The position numbers were made by a program, and so were the translations under genes. Shown one piece after another: positions 37,900 to 46,062 of a stretch of 64,000 nt of DNA. The stretch lies in assembly GCA_047639555.1 (NCBI GenBank), contig JBLIOE010000002.1:44072-108071 (forward strand), read 5' to 3'. The DNA is from Candidatus Aldehydirespiratoraceae bacterium. Lineage in GTDB: Bacteria > Actinomycetota > Acidimicrobiia > Acidimicrobiales > Aldehydirespiratoraceae. Position 1 is the stretch's first letter, and each line of letters opens with the position of its first letter. The notes below the pieces were generated by a model, which saw only the letters and a program-made list of their open reading frames with translations, was not told where the DNA came from and made no database searches.

Positions 37900-39381
37900 A
37901 TGCGTCGGTTCCTTCTTCCGCTCCTCGTGCTGGCGATAGCCATCGCCGCGAGCATCCTTGCTGGCCGCGCCAACGACGCCGCCACCCCGACCGAACCGGC
38001 CTCCGCCGAATCAGTCGACTCTCTCGGCACGCCGCTGCTCTCCGTGCGCCGCATCCCTGAGTGGCTCCGGCAACCGTCAGCAGACAACGCGCTCGACGCG
38101 GTCGCCAGTGCGGTTGTCAACAACCTCGATGACCAGGCGATCACTTGTCTCGCCGTACATCGCGACGGCACGGCCGTGGCCGAGGTCAATAGCGCCGCAG
38201 CCGTGCTTCCCGGCGACCTCCATCGCATCGTCACCTTGGGCGCACTCGATGCGCTGGGCGGCACCGACTTCACCACCGAGGTCGTTCGGTCGTCTGCTCA
38301 TCTGATCGAGGAAGGTGTGCTCCAAGGCGACCTGTGGGTGCTTGGTGGCGGCGACCCGACCCTCTCGACTGATTTGTACAGCCGCCGGTTTGATCCCGAC
38401 CGCGCCAACACCTCGCTGAGCGAACTTGCCCTACTCACCTCCGCCGCACTGGCCGAGGCCGGGATCACTGCGGTCGACGGCTCCATCATCGGGGTGGACA
38501 CAAAGTACGACGGCAGTCCGCGTACCTTCGCTGCGGCCGAGTGGCCGAGCTCAGCCGTCAACGGCAACGAGGTCGGCGGAATCTCATCGCTACTCGTCAA
38601 CAACGGGTTCAGCGAATTCCCGGTCGATGAAATCAACGCCGAACTCAACACCCGCGCTTCGAATCCGACCGCTCATGCGGCCCGCGAGTTCCTGGCGTTG
38701 CTGGCGGTTGCTGATATCAACGTCAGCGGGGGAGCGAGCGCCGGCGATGCGCCCGAAGCGAGCACTCGCGTTTCGGTGGCCACGCTCGATTCCTCACCAC
38801 TCAGCGACATCGCCGAGCGGGCAGGAACAGACGCAACGACGGCCGAGATGCTGTACCGAGAAACGACACAGCGAAGCGGCCGGCTACCATCCGGGACGTT
38901 CGACGGATCGGCGGCGGCATCCCAGTCGATCCTGGCTGGCGACTACCTGCCCGACGATGACGTCGGGCAGATCCTCTCCCTCGATGGATCCGGCATCTCG
39001 CCAGCGAACCGGAGTTCGTGCGGGCTACTCACTGCAATCCTCGACAGCGGCGAAAACAACCTGGCCGTCCGAGCCCTTCCGGCCGGTGCAGACTCCGCGA
39101 TCTCTGCGTGCCTTCCGTCCCGGCTTCCGGATCTTCGAATACTCGTCACCGAACGCAACGGGGTCACAGCCATGGCAGGCCGAACTGTGGCCGAAAACGG
39201 TGATGTCCTGACGTTCTCGGCGATCGCGAACTGGCTTCCCCGCGATGACAACGTCGATACCACTGCGGAAACGGGCGTCTGCGCAGGGTTCCTTCCGGCC
39301 TTGCTCGATGTCCTCGCCGAGCACCCGATTGCTCCACGGCTGGACAAACTGGTGCCACTGCCGGTCGTCGAATCGCCATAG
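37900..39381 (+). CDS. PBP4/DacB-like (peptidase S13 fold) secreted protein with substituted catalytic motifs
   Basis: 493 aa with a signal peptide. The position of P-A-S-x-x-K reads LPGDLHRIVTLGAL (Ser to Asp, Lys to Arg). The position of KTG reads ERNG (VTERNGVTAMAGRTV...LTFSAIAN). Confidence 0.6.
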   Translation: MRRFLLPLLVLAIAIAASILAGRANDAATPTEPASAESVDSLGTPLLSVRRIPEWLRQPSADNALDAVASAVVNNLDDQAITCLAVHRDGTAVAEVNSAAAVLPGDLHRIVTLGALDALGGTDFTTEVVRSSAHLIEEGVLQGDLWVLGGGDPTLSTDLYSRRFDPDRANTSLSELALLTSAALAEAGITAVDGSIIGVDTKYDGSPRTFAAAEWPSSAVNGNEVGGISSLLVNNGFSEFPVDEINAELNTRASNPTAHAAREFLALLAVADINVSGGASAGDAPEASTRVSVATLDSSPLSDIAERAGTDATTAEMLYRETTQRSGRLPSGTFDGSAAASQSILAGDYLPDDDVGQILSLDGSGISPANRSSCGLLTAILDSGENNLAVRALPAGADSAISACLPSRLPDLRILVTERNGVTAMAGRTVAENGDVLTFSAIANWLPRDDNVDTTAETGVCAGFLPALLDVLAEHPIAPRLDKLVPLPVVESP

Positions 39382-39383
39382 TC

Positions 39384-40016
39384 GTGTATGAGCTTCCGAT
39401 GTTCCCGCTGGAACAGACGATCCTGCCCACGGCAATCGTTCCGCTCCACATCTTCGAAGCGCGTTACCGCCAATTCGCCGCGGACATCACCCCTCGGCCC
39501 GAACCCGAATTCGGCATCGCTCCCATTGAACGTGGCGGCGAAGTCGGCGGTGACGACCAGCGAGCCAACGTCGGGATCGTTGCCCGCGTGATCCAACATG
39601 AAGAGTTCAGCGACGGGCGGTGGGGGATCGTGGCGCTCGCAACGCGCCGAATACGAGTGCATGAATGGCTCACCGACGATCCCTATCCGAGGGCGATGGT
39701 CGATGACTGGCCCGACCAAGACGCGGCCGAGCCGCGACCCGACGCGGTGGCCGAGGTCGCCCGCCTGGCCGGTGTACTCGACCGGGTTCGGCGGGCAGTC
39801 GAGCGGCTCGCTCCGCAGCAAGAACTTCCCGACTGGGCGCTGCCTGATGATCCGGCTCAGGCCATTTGGACCTCAGCCGTCGCCGCTCAGCTTGGGGCGT
39901 ACGACGCTGCGCAACTTCTCCGTAGCGAAGGCACCGGTGATCGGCTTCCACTTGCCGTAGAAATGATCGAAGAACGCGCGGCGGTACTAGAGGCTCTCGC
40001 CGACGAGCGCGGATAG
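39384..40016 (+). CDS. Lon N-terminal (LON substrate-binding) domain protein, stand-alone
   Basis: LPMFPLEQTILPTAIVPLHIFEARYRQF...GIVARVIQHEEFSDGRWGIVALATRRIRV. Confidence 0.75.
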   Translation: MYELPMFPLEQTILPTAIVPLHIFEARYRQFAADITPRPEPEFGIAPIERGGEVGGDDQRANVGIVARVIQHEEFSDGRWGIVALATRRIRVHEWLTDDPYPRAMVDDWPDQDAAEPRPDAVAEVARLAGVLDRVRRAVERLAPQQELPDWALPDDPAQAIWTSAVAAQLGAYDAAQLLRSEGTGDRLPLAVEMIEERAAVLEALADERG

Positions 40017-40021
40017 GGTTC

Positions 40022-40324
40022 ATGGCGATGGCAGAGCGAATGGGACCGGGCGACTTCTTCGACCTGGTCAAGGCATATGCAAAGCAGGAGACCCTCGAGC
40101 CTCTGAAGGGCGCGGGCCGCTGGCTGGCGTTCGGCGTTGCGGGGAGCGTTGTCCTGATCATCGGTGGCGTCACCCTCACGTTGGCGATGTTGCGGGGGCT
40201 GCAAGAAGAAACGGGCACCGCTTTCACCGGCAACCTGTCCTGGCTGCCCTACACATTCACGCTTCTGGCTGTGCTTCTCGTGGTCGGGTTGCTGATTTTC
40301 CGAATCTTCAAGAGGAGCCTGTAG
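40022..40324 (+). CDS. Small 2-TM membrane protein (actinobacterial holin-X / Phage_holin_3_6-like)
   Basis: 100 aa. DLVKAYAKQETLEPLKGAGRWLAFGVAGSVVLIIGGVTLTLAML... followed by a second TM. Confidence 0.5.
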   Translation: MAMAERMGPGDFFDLVKAYAKQETLEPLKGAGRWLAFGVAGSVVLIIGGVTLTLAMLRGLQEETGTAFTGNLSWLPYTFTLLAVLLVVGLLIFRIFKRSL

Positions 40325-40536
40325 TGGCCGACGACCACGCCCCAATTAGTCCAGACGACATCCGTGACAGCCTCCGTTCGATCGTTGGCGACGCTGAAGA
40401 GAAGGCCCAGGAGAGCGCAAAGAAGCTGCTCCCGGTTGCCATCGGCGGCGGCGTTCTTATTCTTCTTCTCGCCTATCTCATCGGGAAGCGCGTCGGGAAG
40501 ACCAAGTCGACGGTCGTGGAGATCCGGCGAATCTGA
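40324..40536 (+). CDS. Small C-terminally anchored membrane protein, hypothetical
   Basis: 70 aa. The GTG start overlaps the previous stop by 1 nt. One TM (LLPVAIGGGVLILLLAYLIG). Confidence 0.45.
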   Translation: MADDHAPISPDDIRDSLRSIVGDAEEKAQESAKKLLPVAIGGGVLILLLAYLIGKRVGKTKSTVVEIRRI

Positions 40537-40775
40537 TGGCTGGTCGCGGCTTCGGCCCCACCTACGTCAAACGCACAATCCGGGTCAACGGCATCCGGAA
40601 GGGCCTCCTCGGCGGCTCGCGTTTCTGGTTGGTTGTCTTCGGGCTCGGCTATCTCAGCCGCTGGTCCGGAAAAGTCTCAAAGCGCGGCGAGATGCCGATG
40701 CGATTCTCTGCGCCGCTGAAGCCGGGGGAGTCGATCGTGATCCGCCACATCGATCCGCAGAACAGATCTCACTGA
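40536..40775 (+). CDS. Small membrane-associated hypothetical protein
   Basis: 79 aa. TGATG overlap with the previous gene. One hydrophobic segment (SRFWLVVFGLGYL). Confidence 0.4.
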   Translation: MAGRGFGPTYVKRTIRVNGIRKGLLGGSRFWLVVFGLGYLSRWSGKVSKRGEMPMRFSAPLKPGESIVIRHIDPQNRSH

Positions 40776-40776
40776 G

Positions 40777-40977
40777 TTGCGAGTCCTCCTCCGCAACCCA
40801 AGTCGAGAAATCGAGATGGACGGGCCTGTCCAGGTCGTCGTCCTTCTCCAACGGCTCGACCTCAATCGAGAGTCACACCTGGTGATTGAAGACGGGGCGC
40901 TTGTCCCCGGCGACAAAACTCTCGCGAAGGACGCGGTCGTCGAGATTCGTTCGGTGATCTCTGGCGGCGCAGCGTGA
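40777..40977 (+). CDS. ThiS/MoaD-fold (beta-grasp, ubiquitin-like) sulfur-carrier protein, TtuB-like, ending ...SGGAA
   Basis: 66 aa from TTG 40777. MRVLLRNPSREIEMDGP..VVVLLQRLDL...LVIEDGALVPGDKTLAKDAVVEIRSVISGGAA. The stop overlaps the GTG start of the PP-loop ATPase (GTGA). Confidence 0.6.
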   Translation: MRVLLRNPSREIEMDGPVQVVVLLQRLDLNRESHLVIEDGALVPGDKTLAKDAVVEIRSVISGGAA

Positions 40978-41945
40978 AGTGCCAGGTCTGCCGCGGTCCG
41001 GCAGTCATCGATGTTCGGCGCCACAACGCCAACTTCTGCCAAGAGCACTTTCTTCGGCTGTGCCGCGACCAGACACAAAAGGCGATCGATCAGTTCGCCA
41101 TGCTCGAACCCGACGACCGGGTGCTGGTGGCCGTGAGCGGCGGCAAGGACTCGCTCGCGGTGTGGGACATTCTTCGCGAGCTTGGGTGGGAGGCCGACGG
41201 CTTCTACATCGGTCTCGGCATTGGCGACTACAGCAAAGAGTCACAGGGTTACGCCGAGCGCTTCGCCGAAGAACGTGGCCTCACCCTCATCATCGACGAT
41301 CTCCTTCGCGACCACGGGTTCGATGTGCCGCACGGCAGTCGAGCGGCCAAGCGAGCCCCGTGCTCGGCGTGCGGATTGTCAAAGCGACATCTCTTCGATG
41401 CCGCCGCAAAACGCGGGGGTTACGACGCCATCGTCACCGGTCACAACCTCGACGACGAGGCCGCGGTCTTGATGGGTAATGTGCTCCACTGGCAGACCGA
41501 CTATCTCGGGCGCCAGGCTCCGCATCTCCCCGCAGCCAACGGTTTTCCGAAGAAGGTCAAGCCCCTCGTGCGGCTCACCGAACGCGACACCGCGGCGTAT
41601 TGTCTGCTCCGCGGTATCGACTATCTGGTCGACGAATGCCCGATGGCCGCCGGCAACAAACACCTGTCCTACAAGGACGCGCTGAACAAAATCGAGGTCG
41701 ATTCGCCGGGCGCGAAACACGCATTCTTCTTCGGTTTCCTGGACCGGGCCGTCGAACGCTTCGCGCCGGAAGAGGGCCAGACCGGCGATGTCGTCATTAG
41801 CCCCTGCGATCGTTGTGGCGCACCGTCATCCAACGACGTATGCGCTTTCTGTCGCCTCGCCGAACGAGCCACCACCGCGGTACCAATCGAATTGGGGCGC
41901 ACCCGCCGCTCCTCGAACCAAAGCAAGTCGGAGTCACGCCCATGA
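40974..41945 (+). CDS. TtuA/Ncs6-type PP-loop ATPase (tRNA 2-thiolation enzyme family)
   Basis: N-terminal Zn finger CQVCRG...FCQEH. PP-loop VAVSGGKDS. Fe-S ligand candidates are PCSACG and DECP. C-terminal Zn finger CDRCG...CAFC. Confidence 0.75.
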   Translation: MKCQVCRGPAVIDVRRHNANFCQEHFLRLCRDQTQKAIDQFAMLEPDDRVLVAVSGGKDSLAVWDILRELGWEADGFYIGLGIGDYSKESQGYAERFAEERGLTLIIDDLLRDHGFDVPHGSRAAKRAPCSACGLSKRHLFDAAAKRGGYDAIVTGHNLDDEAAVLMGNVLHWQTDYLGRQAPHLPAANGFPKKVKPLVRLTERDTAAYCLLRGIDYLVDECPMAAGNKHLSYKDALNKIEVDSPGAKHAFFFGFLDRAVERFAPEEGQTGDVVISPCDRCGAPSSNDVCAFCRLAERATTAVPIELGRTRRSSNQSKSESRP

Positions 41946-42721
41946 GTCGCAGCGGAGTCCTGGTGGCAGGCGAACCCGTCCTTTTGATCGACCGCAAGAA
42001 GCGGCACTACCTGATCGATCTTGCCGATGGTGGCGCGTTTCACTCCCACTCCGGCGTGTTGTCTCACGACGACATGATTGGCTCGTCCGAGGGTACGACC
42101 TTCCGGTCTACGAAGGGGATGGTCTTCACCGTCCTCCGGCCGACTATCACCGACTTCATTCTGAAGATGCCCCGGGGCGCGCAGGTCATCTACCCGAAAG
42201 ACATCGGCCCGATCCTGATCTTGGCCGACATCTTCCCGGGCTGCCGGGTGCTCGAATCCGGGCTCGGAAGCGGGGCGCTCTCCACCGGGATGTTACGAGC
42301 CGGCGCCGAGATCCTCGGCTACGAAATCCGGGAAGACTTTCTTGAGAAGGCGCGCGAAAACGTCGGCCGATTCCTCGGCGATGAGCCGCTCAGCCGCTAC
42401 GACACCCATCTCCGCGACGTCTACGAAGGCATCGAAGCCGAAGAGCTTGACCGCGTGGTCCTTGACCTTCCCGAGCCCTGGCGGGTTGTGCCCCACGCCG
42501 AGGAGGCCCTGCGCTCGGGCGGCATCTTCCTCGCGTACACACCGAGCATCATTCAGGCTTCGCAGCTTCACGATCGTCTCGAAGAGTCAAAGTTCGGTTT
42601 CGCCGAGACGGTCGAAATTCTTCAACGCGGCTGGCATGTCCAGGGTGTTGCCGTTCGCCCGGATCATCGCATGGTCGCCCACACCGGCTTCCTGACCCAC
42701 GCGCGGTTGCTCGAGGAGTGA
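41942..42721 (+). CDS. trmI: tRNA (adenine58-N1)-methyltransferase TrmI (GCD14 family)
   Basis: Start MSRSGVLVAGEPVLLIDRKKRHYL... (ATGA overlap). SAM motif VLESGLGSGALS. Same position relative to arc/mpa as mycobacterial trmI. Confidence 0.85.
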   Translation: MSRSGVLVAGEPVLLIDRKKRHYLIDLADGGAFHSHSGVLSHDDMIGSSEGTTFRSTKGMVFTVLRPTITDFILKMPRGAQVIYPKDIGPILILADIFPGCRVLESGLGSGALSTGMLRAGAEILGYEIREDFLEKARENVGRFLGDEPLSRYDTHLRDVYEGIEAEELDRVVLDLPEPWRVVPHAEEALRSGGIFLAYTPSIIQASQLHDRLEESKFGFAETVEILQRGWHVQGVAVRPDHRMVAHTGFLTHARLLEE

Positions 42722-43461
42722 CCGGGAGCGCGCTCTATCGGCGCGCCGCGGTGCTCTTCATCGCGCTCATCGCTAGCGCCTGCGGTGACGATGGCACCTC
42801 CACTTCCGCCGCCTCCCCGACAACAATCGAGGAAGGCGTGGTTCCGAGCGACCACGGACTCTCCGACGAACTCGTGGCGGAGGTCTTGCCCTCCACGGTC
42901 GGTGTCTCGGGCGTCACCTGTGGGCGTATGTCGTCTGGCAGCGGATTCGCGTTGAGTAACACGCTGATCGTGACCAATGCCCATGTCATTGTCGGGATCG
43001 ACGAGATCCGTGTCCATACATTCGAGGGCGAAACGCTGATGGGAGTCCCAGTCGCCTTTGATGCCGATCGCGATCTGGCCGTCCTCAAAGTTGACGGCGC
43101 CGACTTTGTCCCCCTGCCGATTGCCGACCAGGCGAACGACGGATCCACCGGACTCCTCATCGGGTGGGAGTCGGCCCCCTTCCCGAATCCGACGCCCTAC
43201 CGAATCGAGAAGGCCGTCACGGTCTTGATCGTCCCCGTGGGTGGCACCGAACCCGTCGAACGACCGGCCTACCTGCTCGCGGCCGAGGTCGACACCGGCG
43301 ACTCCGGCGCCGCATTGGTCAATCAGCAGGGCGAAGTAGAGGGTGTCGTCTTTGCCACCTCCGTTGCGGGCGATGGTGTGGGGTATGCAGTGCGCGCCAG
43401 TGCACTCGCCGACGTGATCGCGACGGGTTTCGACCCGAACCTCACCATTCCGCCCTGCTAA
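42718..43461 (+). CDS. Secreted trypsin-like serine protease (S1 family), lipoprotein-type signal
   Basis: Lipobox LIASAC. Catalytic residues in context: TNAHV, DLAVLKV and TGDSGAALV. Confidence 0.75.
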   Translation: MTGSALYRRAAVLFIALIASACGDDGTSTSAASPTTIEEGVVPSDHGLSDELVAEVLPSTVGVSGVTCGRMSSGSGFALSNTLIVTNAHVIVGIDEIRVHTFEGETLMGVPVAFDADRDLAVLKVDGADFVPLPIADQANDGSTGLLIGWESAPFPNPTPYRIEKAVTVLIVPVGGTEPVERPAYLLAAEVDTGDSGAALVNQQGEVEGVVFATSVAGDGVGYAVRASALADVIATGFDPNLTIPPC

Positions 43462-43493
43462 CGCGAGATGGCCCAGCGTGCGAACGCGAGAAT

Positions 43494-43513
43494 GGGAGGG
43501 CCGAAGCCCTCCC
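43494..43513 (+). terminator. Rho-independent terminator closing the 37900-43461 operon
   Basis: GGGAGGGC-CGAA-GCCCTCCC (8-bp GC stem) followed by ACTCTTTACGATTCTTTC. It lies between convergent genes. Confidence 0.65.
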
Positions 43514-43553
43514 ACTCTTTACGATTCTTTCGGCACCGCAGCGCCGTCGAAGA

Positions 43554-43787
43554 TCAGACTTCGATGAAGATGCACTCGCCCGGGCACTCTTCGGCCGACT
43601 CGATGGTGGCCTCTTCCTGGCCAGTCTTGACCACGGCGAGGCCCTCAGGGCCACCCGGGTCGGAGTAGATCTTGTCGCCTTCTTTGACGTAGGCCAAGCC
43701 GTCGTCGAGAAGAGTGAAGACGTCGGGCGCGATTTCCTCGCAGAGACCGTCGCCGGTGCAGAGATCCTGATCGATCCAAACCTTCAT
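43554..43787 (-). CDS. Ferredoxin (single-cluster, actinobacterial 3Fe-4S/4Fe-4S type)
   Basis: MKVWIDQDLCTGDGLCEEIAPDVF...AEECPGECIFIEV (77 aa). The listed ORF is extended upstream artificially. Confidence 0.8.
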   Translation of the reverse strand: MKVWIDQDLCTGDGLCEEIAPDVFTLLDDGLAYVKEGDKIYSDPGGPEGLAVVKTGQEEATIESAEECPGECIFIEV

Positions 43788-44044
43788 GAGCGGTACTGAC
43801 CTCACTGTGTCCGGCGGGAGTGTCCCGCTCGCTTGTCGTATCTGGTCGGCAGCATAACGGCCCGAATGAAGCGCGTGGGGCACTGGCCGGTGTGAAATCC
43901 CCCACACCATCCCCGAGAGCGTGAAAAGATCGCCACGCAGCGTGGCCCGCCTTCAATCCAAAACCGGGCGTCCGACGTTGGTAAGAGACCCGGGTCTATG
44001 GTGACCGCGAGCGGGACCCAAGCGACAATTGATGGGGAGTAACA

Positions 44045-45784
44045 GTGGAAGACCACGACGCCAAAGCCGAGATCAACCGGCTCCGGATGGTCTCAGCTGA
44101 ACTCGAAGACGAGGTCAGCGCGCTCCGCCGCCGTCTCCAAGATTCCCCCAAACGCGTGCGCACACTTGAAGAACGACTCCTCGAGACAAAAGGGCAGCTG
44201 AGCAAGGCTGTCTCCCAAAACGAGAAGCTCACCTACACACTGCGCGAAGCTCGCGAACACATTTCGACCCTGCGCGATGAGGTCGACAAACTCACGCAGC
44301 CGCCTTCCGGCTACGGCACGGTGCTCGGTGCCAACGACGACGGCACCGTCGATGTTCATGCCGGTGGTCGCAAGATGCGCGTGGCCGTGCAACCCGACCT
44401 CGCCGGCGAACTACAGTTGGGCCAGGAAGTAGTCCTGAACGAATCGTTCAACGTCGTAATGGCCCGTAATCCTGATCGCACCGGCGAAGTCGCAACGTTG
44501 AAGGATGTTCTCGAAGGTGGCGATCGGGCGATGATCGTCGGCCGGGCCGACGAAGAACGAGTCGTCGAAATCAGCGACGCGGTAAAAGCTGAACCGCTCC
44601 GCAGCGGCGACCTTGTGCTGATCGACCCGCGGGCGGGTGTCATTCTCGAACGTTTACCTCGGCCCGAGGTGGAAGACCTCGTTCTCGAGGAAGTTCCCGA
44701 CGTCACCTATAGCGATGTCGGCGGCCTTGATACCCAGATCGAGGAGATCACCGACGCGGTCGAGTTGCCCTTCGTCCATGCCGCTCTGTTCGCCGAATAC
44801 GACCTTCCGGCGCCGAAGGGCATCCTGCTCTACGGGCCACCCGGCTGCGGCAAGACCCTGATCGCGAAAGCAGTGGCCAACAGCCTGGCCAAGAAGGTCG
44901 CGGAGGTGTCCGGCGACAAGGAAGCCCGCAGCTTCTTCTTGAACATCAAGGGCCCAGAGCTCCTCAACAAGTATGTGGGCGAGACCGAGCGCCAGATCCG
45001 GCTGGTCTTTCAACGAGCACGCGAGAAGAGCGAAGAGGGTTGGCCCGTCATTATCTTCTTCGATGAGATGGAATCGCTGTTCCGTACCCGTGGTAGCGGC
45101 ATCAGCTCCGATATCGAGTCCACGATCGTGCCGCAGTTGCTGGCCGAGATCGACGGCGTCGAAGCACTCCGAAATGTCATCGTAATTGGCGCCTCAAACC
45201 GCGAAGACCTCATCGACCCCGCAATCCTCCGACCCGGTCGCCTCGACGTGAAGATCAAGATCGAGCGCCCGGATGAAGAGTCCGCCGCAGCGATCTTTGG
45301 TCGCTACCTCACCACTGACCTTCCAATCGACGACGACATCGTCGAGACGCTCGGCGGCGGCGATCCGGGTAAGGCAGTGCAGGCGATGATCGAAGACACC
45401 GTGCGCGAGATGTACCGCGTCGACGAAACCAACCGTTTCCTCGAAGTCACCTACCAAAACGGCGACAAAGAGGTCATGTACTTCAAGGACTTCTCGTCGG
45501 GTGCCATGATTGAGAACATCGTGCGTCGATCGAAGAAGCTCGCGATCAAGCGTGAAATTGCCGGTGGCGCTCGGGGCATTCGCACTGAGGACCTACTGCA
45601 GTCGATCCGCCAAGAGTTCAAAGAGCAAGAGGATCTGCCCAACACCACCAACCCCGATGACTGGGCGAAGGTTTCGGGCAAGAAGGGCGAGCGGATCGTC
45701 TATGTCCGAACGCTGATTCACAACAACGACGACGAGGCCGGCGGCAAGTCCATCGACTCCGTCGCTACGGGTCAGTACCTCTAG
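44045..45784 (+). CDS. arc: Proteasome-associated AAA+ ATPase ARC/Mpa
   Basis: 579 aa. Features: N-terminal coiled coil, [17 protein letters not shown], and a C-terminal ...ATGQYL proteasome-docking tail. GGGGAG precedes GTG 44045. Confidence 0.93.
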   Translation: MEDHDAKAEINRLRMVSAELEDEVSALRRRLQDSPKRVRTLEERLLETKGQLSKAVSQNEKLTYTLREAREHISTLRDEVDKLTQPPSGYGTVLGANDDGTVDVHAGGRKMRVAVQPDLAGELQLGQEVVLNESFNVVMARNPDRTGEVATLKDVLEGGDRAMIVGRADEERVVEISDAVKAEPLRSGDLVLIDPRAGVILERLPRPEVEDLVLEEVPDVTYSDVGGLDTQIEEITDAVELPFVHAALFAEYDLPAPKGILLYGPPGCGKTLIAKAVANSLAKKVAEVSGDKEARSFFLNIKGPELLNKYVGETERQIRLVFQRAREKSEEGWPVIIFFDEMESLFRTRGSGISSDIESTIVPQLLAEIDGVEALRNVIVIGASNREDLIDPAILRPGRLDVKIKIERPDEESAAAIFGRYLTTDLPIDDDIVETLGGGDPGKAVQAMIEDTVREMYRVDETNRFLEVTYQNGDKEVMYFKDFSSGAMIENIVRRSKKLAIKREIAGGARGIRTEDLLQSIRQEFKEQEDLPNTTNPDDWAKVSGKKGERIVYVRTLIHNNDDEAGGKSIDSVATGQYL

Positions 45785-46062
45785 AGCGATCCAAAATGTC
45801 TCCGGCCGACGCGGCATCCAACGTTGCACAATCGGCAGCAGCAATCGATATGGACCCCAATGCCGAGCGCGTTTACACACGACGGCAGGCCGCCTACATC
45901 GAAGCCGCTTCACTTCTCCAAGACGTCTACGGCTTGCGAGGCATCTTTCCGTAAAACACGGTTCACTTTTTCGCCCTCGCCGATAGCCGCGACCTTCACT
46001 GACAAAGGACACGGAGTTGACTAGTGTCGGTCACCCAACTCTGGGAACCTATGGAGGGTTAC

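Noticed and set aside
45796-45954. 52-codon ORF (MSPADAASNVAQSAAAIDMDPNAERVYTRRQAAYIEAASLLQDVYGLRGIFP) in the arc-ABC spacer
   Set aside because: No SD, modest third-position GC compared with neighbouring genes, and no recognisable family. There is insufficient support to call a CDS.
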